Shown piece by piece: positions 12,821 through 25,700 of a stretch of 64,000 bases of DNA. The first letter of the stretch is position 1. Every line of letters starts with the position of its first letter. Source of the stretch: Malacoraja senta (taxonomy: Eukaryota); NCBI GenBank assembly GCA_038087875.1, contig CM075993.1:3474001-3538000 (forward strand), written 5' to 3'. The position numbers were made by a program, and so were the translations under genes. Below the pieces are notes generated by a model that did no database searches, was not told where the DNA came from, and saw nothing but the letters and a program-made list of their open reading frames with translations.

Positions 12821-14803
12821 CAGGGCTCTTGCTTAACTTTTTTCCCCTGTTGCCAGCCGGGCAACCGTGGCAGCTTTTTAGGTTGCCAAATGACAGTTTA
12901 GGTGGTCATTTAAGATGGCTTGCATGACGCGTGCGATAATGTGCTCGGACGAAGTGCGTAGTTACCAGTTGGAATTATACTCAATGAAGCATTCACACAT
13001 TATTTCTGCTTCAAATAAAGCCACAAACTAAACATATTCACGAATCAAGACATGATATATCCCACAATGACATGCAGCAAAATTATAAGACAGTATCTCA
13101 ACTCTTTTTACACATTACAATTAATGCAATTTCTATTAGTTCTTTCCACTTCCAAACAAAAATGTGGTTGGATTATTCAGCGTATGGTCAACCTGTGTCA
13201 ATAAATCCTGGACCATGGTAACATATATGCGTACGTATAGTTGTGAATGTTGCTCATTAAATAACTACAGTACTGATACTCCATATTAAGAGCATTGATT
13301 TGCCGTTAAAATTAATTCTGTAATAACGTGTCAACGGCAGTAGTGACAATCGAACACTGCGGTTTTAATGTTTCACGTGTTCACCCTGTACTGACCCCCG
13401 GTGTACAGGGTGAAGTCGGTGCAGAATGGATGGATTGAGGCAGGCGAATTAGTACGTGTTGGTTGGAGTAGGTAAAATTGTGAGGGGAGAGCACCGGGGA
13501 TGTCAGTGGTGTTGAATGGGGGGGTTCAGTACGGGATGGATGGGGGTAGACAAAAGTGCTGGAGAAACTCAGCGGGTGAGGCAGCATCTATGGAGCGAAG
13601 GAAATAGGCAAAGTTTCGGGTCGAGACCCTTCTTCAGACTGTTCCCCCCAGTCTTCTTGAATGGGAGGATCAGTACAGGATGGATGGGGGGGGAGATCAG
13701 CGCAGGATGAATGGGGGGGGGGTCAGTACAGTGTGGATCGGAGGGTCTGTGCAGGATGAATGGGGGATCACTACAGGATGAATGAGGGGAAGGTGCAGGG
13801 TAAATGGAGGGTGGATCAGTACGGGATGAATGCGTGGATTAGTACAGGATGGATGGGGGATCAGTACAGGATGGATGGGAAAAGGTTAAGTACAGGGTGA
13901 ATTGGGGAAGCAGTGTAGGAAAGATGGGGGGGGGGGGTGGCAGGAGAATCAATGCGAGGTGGACAGGGTGATCAGCGCAGGATGAATAGATGGGGGGGGG
14001 GTAGATGTGGAGGGGAGCACAGGGGATGTCAGTGAGGACTGAATAGAGGCGGGACTGGGGATCAGTGCGGGATGGAGTGGAGGGGTCCCAGGATAAGGGG
14101 GTGGAGGGGGCGTACAAGAGAGAGGGAGAGAGGGGGGAGGCGAGGTTGGGAGGAAGGAAGGTTAGCGCTCCTCGGACAACATCACCCCGCTGCCTTGGCT
14201 GATGGGAACTCCTCGCCACCGCCTCCCTCCTCCGCCAGCCAACAGCAAGGTGCGGGGCCGGGCAAGGTGCGAGATCCTATAGCTATAAGATCTTTGGTGC
14301 AGCTGCTTCAGACGAGTCGGAGCGAATGACGGGCCCCGAACAGCGGCAGCGACAGCTTGTAAATCCGGTAACGGCGCAAAACAAACCCTCCCGCACTCCG
14401 AGGCCTCCCCCTCCCTCCCTCCTCCCGGCCTCGGAGTGCGGGAGGGTTTGTTTTGAAAGTGCGGTTAGCGGATTTACAAGCAGAGGCCCTTATCAGGGCG
14501 GGCGGGAGGAGGAGATGGAGCCGCTGTTTGCGGCCGCTGTTTGGGGCCCGTCATTCGCTCCGACCCTTCGTCACCCCGCACCTAGTATCTTTGCCCCGCA
14601 CAGCCGCCGCCAACACGAAACATTGTGTTCCTTTTCTCCAGAGATGCTGAATGACCCACGGAGTTACTCCAGTTTTTTGTGTCTATCTTCGGTACAAACC
14701 AATATCTGGTTGCCAAGCCGGGCAAAATGACTCGGTGTTTAGGTTGCCCGGCGGCGCTTTGAGTGGTCAGTGGCACCCGGGCAACCGCTAATTTCGAGCC
14801 CTG
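12821..14803. mobile_element. Non-autonomous DNA transposon (hAT-like ends CAGGGCTC..GAGCCCTG), about 2 kb
   Basis: TIRs CAGGGCTCnnnnTTAnC; clustered subterminal GGTTGCC/GGCAACC motifs at both ends; flanked by GAAAG (12816-12820, 14804-14808); no transposase ORF seen. Confidence 0.7.
13505..14075. repeat. G-rich degenerate minisatellite (unit about GGATGAATGGGGGGATCAGTACA)
   Basis: Repeated ggatgaatggggg..atcagtaca/gtgc units, interrupted by a Penelope-like repeat at about 13545-13640. Confidence 0.75.
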
Positions 14804-15334
14804 GAAAGACACGAAGCTGGAGTAACTCAGCGGTTCAGATAGCATCTCTGTAGCAAAGAAATAGGTGACATTTCACTTGGAGACCCTTCTTCAGCCTCAA
14901 GGGTCTCAACCCGAAACGTCACCTATTCCTTTTCTCCAGAGATGCCATCTGACCCGCTGAGTTACTCCAGCTTTTTGTTTCTATCTTTGGTTTAACCAGC
15001 ATTGGCAGGTCCTTCCTACACATTCAGTAGGAAGGGACCAGGTCAGGTTGCCAGTGATATGGATGCCAAGAAACTTGAAGCTGTCAACAATCTCGACAGC
15101 AACTCCGTTAATGAGGACAAAGTTGTGTTCAACCACTCTTTTCAACCATCAGGCTATTACACAGTACGGACTGCAACAAAACACCAGACTATGTACTGCC
15201 TTGTTTGAACTTGGGACTTCGAGCTTGGATTTTGTTTTTGCGTTATATTGTTTTTAATTCATAGAACTTCCTGTTTATTACGGTATCTATCGAGTACAAT
15301 GTTTACATATCTGTTGTGCTTCTGCAAGTAGGTG

Positions 15335-15693
15335 ATCTTATAGAGGTGAATAAAATCATGAGAGGAATAGATCGGGTAGATGCACAAAGTCTCTTGCCCA
15401 GAGTAGGGGAACCGAGGACCAGAGAACATAGGTTTTAGGTGAAGGGGAAAAGATTTAATAGGAATCTGAGGGATAGCTTTTTCACACAAAGGGTGCTGGG
15501 TGTATGGAACGAGCTGCCAGAGGAGGTAGTTTAGGCAGGAACTATCCCAACCTTTAAGAAATAGTTAGAGAGGTACATGGATAGGACAGGTTTGGAGGGA
15601 TGTGGGTCGCAGGCAGGTGAGACTAGTGTAGCAGTGATATGTTGGCCGGTGTGGGTAAGGGGCCGAATGGCCTGTTTCCAAGCTGTATCACTC
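15335..15693 (+). mobile_element. CR1 LINE 3' fragment (second subfamily)
   Basis: aaaatcatgagaggaatagatcgggtagatg..tggaacgagctgccagaggaggtagtt; related copies at 24318-24680 (-) and 27663-28015 (+). Confidence 0.8.
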
Positions 15694-16594
15694 TAAGTAA
15701 GAATTCCATGGTTTTGTTTGGGACATATCAAAACATACTTGACTTGACTCTCAAAAGCTTGCAAAATATGTCGAATATAGGCAAATACGACTGGTTTAGA
15801 TGGGGCATCTTGGTCGGCATGAACAAATTGGGCTGTTGGATCTGTTTCTACTGTATAACTCTTAACATTGAAGCTTTAACCATCTTGTATTTGAGTTTGG
15901 TGCTCAGAACTGTTGTGATGTTGCTGTGTGCATGCTTAAAGTATCTCGATGGTTGCAGGAAGATATTAATTTAGACAGGCCAGCTTTAAATGGCATTTAT
16001 CAGTAGTAATGCAAAATAGATTTTAACTTTAATCCATATGATTGTTCCACCTATTAGTCATGTTTTTTTTTGTTTTTTTTATTAATAATATTTGATGTGC
16101 ACTTGTTATTGAAACCTATTTGTTCAAGGAGCTGAACATTTTAGTTAAATTTTTAGTTTGACAAATTGTGATCTAATTGTGATAGTGTCAGTGAATGTTT
16201 GGAATGCAATCTGCTGCAAATGGAATGTTCCCAAGGCTATTTTGCAACAGTTACAATTTATTACATGCAGTATGTTTAATCTAAAATGGTCTTCTATTTG
16301 ACTTGGATGGGAGCATCACTTTCTTTCCTTCCCTGTGAGTAAAATGTTATAATTAGCTTAGCTGCCAAAAATGTTTGTTGCAAAATTCTCTATTTCTGTT
16401 CAAATATGTTACATTCAGCATAGCTTGTCTAATTTTGCAATAGCATGCTCGTTTAAATTTTTGATACTTTCAACTTACAGTTCCTTAAATAGAACGGTAT
16501 GTGCTAATATTTTGCTGTCACCTTGTGCTAAATATCCACTCATTGAAAATGTAACGTCATTAAATATCATAATATGAAGTTATGACTTTTTTAG

Positions 16595-17003
16595 TTTTAG
16601 TTTAGTGTTAGTTTAGTTTATTGTTATGTTTACCGAGGTACAGTGAAAAGCTTTTGTTGCGTGCTACCCAGTCAGTGGAAAGAATCGAGCCATTCACAGT
16701 GTACAGATACGTGATAAGAAAAAGGTGGTGCAAGGTAAAGCCAGTAAAGTCCGATCAAGGATAGTCCGAGGGTCATAAATGCGGTAGACAGTAGTTCAGC
16801 ACTGCCCTCTAGTTGCGGTTGGATGGTTCAGTTGCCTGATAACAGCTGGGAAGAAACTGTCCCAGAATCTGGAGGTGTCCCGTTTGCCTGATGGGAGAGA
16901 AGAGGGAGTGGCCAGGGTGCGACTTGTCCTTGATTATGCTGCTGGCCTTGCCGTTGCAGTGTGAGGTATAAATTGAGTCAATGGAACAGAGGTTGGTTTG
17001 TGC
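16595..17003 (-). mobile_element. Rex1/Babar-type LINE 3' fragment
   Basis: Minus strand SIYTSHC..KASSIIKD.SHPGHSLFS; tail (aaact)n and cttttcactgtacctcgg as in the 668-1380 copy. Confidence 0.7.
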
Positions 17004-17524
17004 AAGATTTTTTAAAATATAAATGGAGTAAAACTGTAATACCATGTAGTGGCAGTACAAGTCATACTTGTTTTTGCCATTGCACTTTAAACTTGTCCAA
17101 GTACAATGTTAATAACCTGAACATATTTAGCTTAATATCATCTGGGATCTTAAAATGATTTCAACACGCCTGAATAACTTCGCACCAGTCATTCCTTTGT
17201 CAAGAAGCTTTTTAATTGAATGGTGTCACAAATTTATAGTGTCATAAATATTGAAGATAAAACCTGTTGACCAGCTTAAAGCATGAATCAGTCAGCCTGC
17301 TTTTCTTAAATCTCAATTCTGTTGATCGTTTTGGGCTGCTAGTCTTTATCCTGTTCCTTCTGAACCGGGTTCTTGCCTTGGCCACAACATTTGGGTCAGA
17401 TCCAGTTTCCATCTGAGCATTTCCATCTGAGCAGCCTGGGTAGCATGAACATATTATGTACGAGTTGTTCTGTGGCACACAATGTACGGGAATTTGTCAT
17501 CCTCTTTTTTCCCCCAGTCATTCA

Positions 17525-17602
17525 TATATGTATATGTGTTGTATATATATGTGTCTATGTATATATGTGTGTGTTTGTGTGTGTGTGTGTGTGTGTATAT
17601 AT
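17525..17602. repeat. (TA)/(TG) microsatellite
   Basis: Directly visible. Confidence 0.9.
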
Positions 17603-19740
17603 AGGGCACAAAATGCTGGAGTAGCTCAGCGAGACAGACAGCATCTCTGTGGAGGGATGGGGTGACGTTTCAGTTCGAGACCCTGCTTCATTCTGAGAGT
17701 CAGGGGAAAGGGAAACGAGAGATATAGACAGTGATGTAGAGAGATATGGAACAAATGAATGAAAGATATGCAAAAAAGTAGCGATGATAAAGGAAACGAC
17801 GCTGTTTGCTGGATGAGAACGAGAAGTTGGTGCGACTTGGATGGGGAGAGAATGCAGGGATTACTTAAAGTTAGACAAATCAATATTCATATTTGGTCTG
17901 AAGAAGGGTCCCAACCCAAAATGTCACCAATCCATATTCTCCAGAGATGCTGCCTGACTCGCTGAGTTACTCCAGCTCTTTGTGTGTTATACAACTTGTG
18001 CTCATATTACTGACCCCTAGTGGTCAGTGCAGGATTGGCCTAATCTTTATTTTGATTCTGCTGAGCTGATATTTCTGCTGGCTTTATTACCGATTGTCTA
18101 GTGAGTGAATGGATGGAGAGGTGAAGCTACAAAATCAATGGTTAATAAATATCGTGGTTGTAGATTTGGTTCTTCTGGTATATTCTTTTGGATTTTTCCG
18201 AAGCATTTTCAGAAAAGTGGTTATTGTGCAGGTCTCTATTCTGATTACAATAATTGGTTTCCCAGCAACGCTTCCTCTGTTATTTTACCACAGCTAAATG
18301 AGTGCCTGAATTTGTTTAAATGCAAGACAATATGTTGCACTCCAAGAAAAGCCCAATCTCTAACAACTGCCCTTTTAGAAACCGCAAGTCACTTCAAACA
18401 ATTATGCTGCCACATGAAATAAAACTAATAACTATAATTAACTGGAATGCAACAACTTTAACATTGAAATTTCCTTAACATCCTCCCTTTCTCATCGCCT
18501 TTGTTTTTAAAGCTTCACTTGGGCGAGGGCCTGCCACTGAAAGGCATGCTGATGGGTGGGTGTGTATTAAGGTCACCCTAGAAACAAGAGAGAAATTATA
18601 TTGAGAGATTTCTGACTTTGTTAGCTGAAGTTCTGCAATAGATGCCAAACGTGGGCAGAATCTGAGGAGAGAGTGAGAAAACGGTGTCGTTTAGTGAAGC
18701 GCCATCTATTCATGCTAAAACTTAGAAAAGCAAATATTGTGAATGCTCTATGATGCGGCAATGTAATTTTTATCCATCTCTGTAATTTCAAGCTGTCAAT
18801 GTCTGTGCGTTTGCATCCAGCCCCATAAATGGTGCGTGTAGACTCTAATAGTTATACGTGATGCAAGAATTGCATGCGCTGACAAGGACATGGATTGAGT
18901 ATTCAAAGCATTCCTCACCGTTGTAAGGTGGGGTAGAACGAGAGATGTTGGGATATGTAATGAACATAAATTCCTAATTCAGTCAAAATAACTGAAGTTG
19001 GGAGTTTTCATTTGCAGGGTGCAGGCAAGTTAGTAATTGTAGCCTCCTTATTGTGAAATTCTTTTGTTGTCGTGCAAATCCATTCTCTCTCCTTAGTTTA
19101 ACTCTGATCTAATGGTCATTATAAAAGTCATTAAGTCTGAACTGAAATGAAATGATACACAACAAATCTTGTGCCCTACAATTGATGAGACTACTTGAAT
19201 TTTGATTTGATTACAGCCAACTTAAAAATCTGAAAAATGTGTTAAAATATCTTATAGAGCTCAAATGTTTTTACACGTAGATAATCTTTTAGCTATTGCT
19301 CAAGTGACCCATCTGTTCATATGGGGAACGTAGGCTTGGCTTTCAATTCTGATGTGAACAACATTCAAACTATTATGATTGGCAATAGACACAAAATGCT
19401 GGAGTAACTCAGCAGGACAGGCAGCATCTCTGGAGAGAATGAATAGGTGACGTTTCGGGTCGAGGCCCTTCTTCAGACCTCGTCACCCATTCCTTCTCTC
19501 CAGAGATGCTATCTGTCCCGCTGAGTTACTCCAGCATTTTGCGTCTATCTTCGATTTTAAACCAGCATCTGCAGTTCTTTCCTACACATATGATCAACAG
19601 CCAGATTTTAAATTGCTAGTCAGTATCCGTCCGGTTCATTTGAATGTTTGCAGATTTTTTTTTCCCCTAGCTGGTTTCACATTCGTAGCAGCAGTTTGAT
19701 ATTTGTGTATAAAGACATTTGGTCAGGATGTGTGCAATCA

Positions 19741-20587
19741 CATTGCCCTCCATAATGTTTGGGACAAAGACCCATCACTTATTTATTTGCCTCTGTACTC
19801 TGCAATTTGGCATTAGTAATAGAAAAAAAATCACTTGTAGTTAAAGAGCACATTGTCAGTATTTTAATAAAGGCAATTTTTATTCATTTTGGTTTCACCA
19901 TGTAGAAATTACAGCAGTGTTTATACATAGCCCCCCCATTTCAGGGCACCATAATGTTTTGGACACAGCAATGTCATGTAAATGAAAGTAGTAATGTTTA
20001 GTATTTTGTTGCATATCCTTTGCATGCAATGACTGTTTGAAGTCTGTGATTCATGGACATCACCAGTTGCTGCGTTGGGTGTCTTCTCTGGTGATGCTCT
20101 GCCAGGCCTGTATTGCAGCCATCTTTAGCTTATGCTTGTTTTGGGGGCTAGTCCCCTTCAGTTCTCTCTTCAGCATATAAAAGGCATGTTCAATTGGGTT
20201 CAGATCGGGTGATTGACTTGGCCACTCAAGAATTTAAAAAAATTTTGCTTTGAAAAACTTCTTTGTTGCTTTAGCAGTATGTTTGGGATCATTGTCTTGC
20301 TGTGGAATGAACCACCGGCCAATGAGTTTTGAGGCATTTGTTTGAACTTGAGCAGATAGGATGTGTCTATACACTCAGAATTCATTATGCTACTACCATC
20401 AGCAATTATATCATCAATGAAGATAAGTGACCTATTACCTTCAGCCATACATGCCCAGGCGACACCCCCGCCACCGTGTTTCACAGATGAGGTGGTATGC
20501 TTTGGATCTTGGGCAGTTCCTTCTCTCCTTCATACTTTGCTCTTGCCATCACTTTGATATAAGTTAATCTTCGTCTCATCTGTCCAC
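19741..20587 (-). mobile_element. Tc1/mariner transposon remnant: 3' part of a DDE transposase pseudogene plus right IR/DR end
   Basis: Minus strand WTDETKIN..VKHGGG..QQDNDPKH..EWPSQSPDLNPIE..GYATKY* with stops and frameshifts; direct repeat CCATAATGTTT(G/T)GGACA at 19750 and 19949. Confidence 0.9.
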
Positions 20588-20789
20588 TTGGGCCTTGTGA
20601 CCTCTGGTGCTGTCCTTGTGGAGTTTGCAAACTCCCTGTTTTTGCATGGGTTTTGCCCAGAGGCACTGGTTTCCTTCCACGTGCCATAGACATGAGATGA
20701 CCAAAACTAATTTGTAACAGTTGCCACCAGAGTGCGTGTGAGGGATAGAAACTGGGGCAGGTTGGTGGGAATGAGGAGAGAAGAGGGCT

Positions 20790-21050
20790 CAGCTTTTAGA
20801 AAGGAGATGAGGAGGAATTTCTTTAGCCAGAGAGTGGTGAATCTGTGGAATTCATTGCCACAGATGGTAGTTAAGACCAAGCCATCGGGTAATTTTAAAG
20901 TGGAGATTGATTTAGAAAGGGTGTTAAAGGTTATGGGGAGAAGGCATGAGAATGGGGTTGAGAGGCAAAGATATATCTGCCATGAATGAATGGCAGAATG
21001 GACTCGATAGGCCGAATAGACTAATTCTGCTCCAACGACTTGTGAAGTTG
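20790..21050 (+). mobile_element. CR1 LINE 3' fragment
   Basis: FRKEMRRNFFSQRVVNLWNSLP plus 3' UTR. Confidence 0.8.
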
Positions 21051-22496
21051 TGAACCATGTCATTAGCTTTCAATCCCCTGAACTCGGTGTCCTTTTTATA
21101 AGATGTGGCTTAAACTCATTGGCCATCACCAAACGTTTCTTTAGACCCACACTAAATGTTGACAGATAATTTCCTGTTCATTCCCAGAGACCATTTAGCC
21201 ACTTCAGAAATGAACTGGCAAGTCAGACAATGTTTTTTAGTTTCCAACGCAGAGCTGGATCCCTTCATCATCTGACTGAGGCAAGAGCTACCGCCGAGCA
21301 AGGGTTAACACCTGTGACCTTGGCATGCTAACCTTTAAAGCTTTTGAGTTCTACACTAATGTGTAATGGAGAATGATCTGCTTTCTGCATGCTGTAACAA
21401 TCCTCAAAGTCAAATGAACAATGCTAGAAGTATGCATTTAATTTTAATATCAATATTTTTTCTATTTTGCTGAAGTGCTTTCCATGTACGATCGATCAGT
21501 CAATATGGCTGCTTTAAATACAGGCCAAATTGTACAGACGATAGACACAAACTGCTGGAGTAACTCAGCGGGACAGGCAGCATCTCTGGAGAGAAGGAAT
21601 GGGCTACGTTTCAGATTGAGAGTCGGGGGAGAAGGAGACGTAGAGATATGGAGGGGTACCGTGTGGAAACGGATCAATGTCCAGTACAGCCTTTCAAAAG
21701 GAGTAGATTTAGATAGTCACAACATCTTGTTGACTGATTCTGTAAGTGGGACTAGCTTGATTTCTACTGAGTAGAAATTCAGCAGTTTTAATTATTTAAA
21801 GAGATGAAATTTTTTAAGCTGAAGAAAAATGTCATTTAGTGTACATCAGGTGAGCAACCTGCCAGGCAGCTGCTGCGCCAATCTCGTATCAGTGGGAGGT
21901 CTGACTTACCTAGTTGATTGGGCCTCATTTAAATTTGAACCTGCCAGAGTTAATTGCAGTGTTTCTGGGTTGCTTGCTGTTTGCGAGGGCGAGCAGCACG
22001 GTAAGCCTTCCGATGCTTGAAGTCAGCTTGCACATCTTAAAGGAGAGCGAGTCTTGATATTAGTGTGCAGAAAATGCACTTCTCAGCAACAGACACGTGG
22101 AGGATTTCTTGGCCTCCTGAAGCTGATGCATGTGATCGTATCAGGCCCAAGCATGTAGTCCACATTATGGATGGATTCCTTACCAGGTACGTCAGCAGCA
22201 GTGATGCCCACTTTTCTGGATTACACATTTTGTCGAGTATTCCTAATTTTAATTTTAGATCCATTTAGTTTCCCCACCTTGAAATTTGTTGGTGTGGCGG
22301 AAGTTCCACCAGTGTTGGTGGTGCCAACTAACTAACCACGTTAGTTTTTCCATCATACACCTTGATCCCTACCAAACCTTGCGCAAGGGAGTAAAACGGT
22401 TTTGTTTTGACTGAGACACAAACCACATGGGGAATTTAATTGTTTTTTTATTGTGTGACACTTGGAAACGAAACTGCGTTGTACCATTGAATGATC

Positions 22497-22778
22497 CATC
22501 ATCATCATCATCGTTGAAAACATCTACGGGCACGGTGCCTTACAATGCTATGTACGACGGTGATCGCAACTTTTACTGAAGTGCGGATGGCCGTTGGCTC
22601 GCCCTTTGACAGGTCTTGTTTTTGGTCCAGCTGGGGGTCCACAGCCCCCTCCTCACCTGGAAAACCAGGTGGGGAGACGGTTTAGTCGCTGATTATCTGA
22701 CCATGGAGCAGGTAGCATGGGATTACATGGTACCCGTGGCGGGGGGACTCCCCCCCCCCCCCCCTCCCCGACTTGACC
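22497..22778 (-). mobile_element. Short non-autonomous retroelement with (GAT)n tail (RTE-like)
   Basis: (CAT)n at the left end, GC-rich body, 8-bp TSD GAATGATC (22489-22496, 22779-22786). Confidence 0.65.
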
Positions 22779-25700
22779 GAATGATCAAGCTTGCGGTAAT
22801 GGATCCAGATCTGGTAGGTCCCTAATCGTGGTAATGGTTGAAAGTCACCTCTGCTGTAAATACAACTGGCTTAACCCCTCCAAGATAGACAAAAGCTAGA
22901 GTAACTCAGCGGGTCAGACAGCATCTCTGGAGAAAAGGAATAGGTGATGTATCGGGTCGATCCCCTTTTCAGACCAGGTTCTTGCCCTCCCCCCAGGTTA
23001 TGTGGAACCAGCAACTACAGTAGAACTCCGATTAACCACGTTGTCTATTTGAAAATGAGTTCCTATGCTCTCTTCATCTCACTAGGATCCACAGAAAATG
23101 TATAACATGATGTCTTTAATAGTGTGGAGTATTAATAGAATAGTATCTGCTCTTCGGGCACTGCCAGTGTCCCACCCCTGTCAATTTGTGGAGTATCACT
23201 ACGACTGGCAATTTGTTGCATAAATTTCCAAACTGAAAATGGTATTGAAAACGTTACAATCTGAGCTTTTTTTTGGTGACCATTTTCAAAAATGTCCCAA
23301 TACAAGTCCACAGAAAGAAATCCATGGCTGGTGAGACCAGCTGAAAAAATGTATAACCAGCTTCTTATTAAAATTATCGACATTGAAGCATGGGTGTACT
23401 ATATATTTACAAAATGGTCAAACTGAAATATTGCCCATGTTGATGGAAATGTAATTTGGATCTTCAAAATTATGGATACAAGGCCGAATGTAAGGTAAAC
23501 TATTAGGGTCAACCTGAGCATTACAAAAAAGGATTTGAAAACAATGTGTACACCCAGTCGCACCCGAGTCAACCACATAACCCCCTACATACTTTAAGGT
23601 CAACTGTTGTGCATTTGGAGGAATGGTTCTGAAGGTATTCTGCTGCCTCTTATCCAATGTATTTAAGCTGGTGGACAATGTTTGTCGTAACTTTCTCTAG
23701 TCCGATCGTGACACAGCCGAGTGAACAAAGTGATTGTCATTTCTGGAAGCAGGTGTTTTCTGGATGGCTGATGATTTGGGATGCAGTTGGCTGAGCAGTG
23801 CATCTGATTCACGTTGTGCATCTTGGTAGCGTCATTTCCTTTTGTGGTTTGAAGAAGTCACTGACACTTGTAGTATTTTGTCATCCTCCCGCTTGAGCTC
23901 AGTCTGAACAAATTACTTTATATAGACATGCTTTGAATTTTTGTGGTCGGTTACTGCTGGCGGGTACTAGTTTGTGCCTGCACCTTGTTCTCTGCTTAAA
24001 GATGGCAATGATTAAGAGTAACACTTATAGTTTTCAGGTCATAGCTGTTCAATTATGCAAAAACGTTGAGCAGTTGTGAAGGTATGTGCACTTCGTAATG
24101 GTTTGACTCATTCTCACTATTTTTCTTCCTCCTCTCTCCCCCCTCCAATTTCACCTGTCCATCCCAACCCACATTATCCATTCTTCCAGTTTGCCTTGCT
24201 CTTTTTGTATGTTTAACCAGACTTTTCATTTTGTAAAGCAGAAGTGAAACGATAATTTGTTTTCTTTTGGAGGTAAAATTGCTGTATCTGTAATTCTAAT
24301 TTTCTTGGTCTTGCCATGAGTCACAGAGTGATACAGCGTGGAAACAGGCCGTTCGGCACAACTTGCCCACACCGGCCAACATGTCCCAGCTACACTAGTC
24401 CCACCTGCCCGCGTTTGGTCCATATCCCTCCAAACCTGTCCTATTCATGTACCTGTTTGAATGTTTCTTAAACTTTGGGATAGTCAACGCCTCAACTTCC
24501 TCCTCTGGCAGCTTGTTCCATACACCCACCACCCTTTGTGTGGAAAAAGTTACCCATAGGATTCCTATTAAACCTTTTCCCCTTCACCTTAAGCCTATGT
24601 TCTCTGGTCATTGATTCATCTACTCTGGGCAAGAGACTCTGTGCATCTACCCGATCTATTTCTCTCGTGATTTTATACACATGATGTATAAGCATGTAGG
24701 AAGTTGTTATGTGGTTGATGAAGGTGTATGCAGAGTGTGACCGGGTGTTTTCAAAACCTTTTTTTTTAATGCTTGGATACTAGTTACAAGTTGGATTGCC
24801 AATGTTCTGATGTTAGAGTGCTTGGCTGAGCAATTCTGAAGGTTTGATGTCCTTAGCAATGGAGAGACGATTACACATCCTATTTTGAGTGTCTGCATTT
24901 AATGGTTTATTTTTAAGATGGTCAGAATTAGAGACAAGGAGGCAAAGAACATTTTCTAAAGATGCAATCAATTAAAACGGTTGGAAATATTGGAAGTGAG
25001 ATGTTTAGAATTAAGACCACGTTTGTTTACCAGTCTCGGCTTTCAAATCCTAAACTTCACATCATCTTCCAAGAGAAGTGGTTGGCAAGGAAATGTATGC
25101 TGAGCTTTTGAAAAGATGCTTTGATTCACAGAGCCATGCAATGGGCTTGCTTTCATTCAGATTGACGAACCATTGTAACATTGGGTAGCACTGCATGTCT
25201 TTGGTCTTAGTTTAAGAGAGTAATCACATTGATGATTGGGTTAACATCTGATGAGCTTTTGACGGCACTGGGCCTGTACTCGCTGGAGTTTCGAAGAATG
25301 AGTGTGGACTTCATTGAAACTTAGCGAATGATGAATGGTCTGGATGGAGTGGATGTGGCGAATATGTTTCCACTAGAGGAAGAGTCTAAGATAAGAGGGC
25401 ACAGGCATCTGATTGCAAGTTAAAGAGGTCTTCGAAGGTAGTAGTGTAAAAGGTGATCTAGTTGTTCGAGATGAGTTTGGATGAGGCGGTGTGGTGGGAC
25501 TTGCATCTGAGTAGGCTTGAGTTGGATCTTGGGATTTATGGTTGGGGAGATGAGGTGATTTAATTCTCTTCACTCAAGCCTAGATACAAAGGAATATGTA
25601 GAGAGACTAGCCTAATAAATGTGAATCTGTTCCACATACAATTGATAAAACATGGAAGTGGTCAGGCATTATAGACTGGTCTATAATTGGAGAAGATTAG

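Noticed and set aside
13505..14075. CRISPR-like array
   Set aside because: Eukaryotic context; degenerate tandem units with no unique spacers and no cas genes.
14072..14730. GC-rich ORFs or a CpG-island promoter for CSK
   Set aside because: Lies inside the TIR-bounded 12821-14803 element; ORFs are low complexity and end in repeat-derived sequence.
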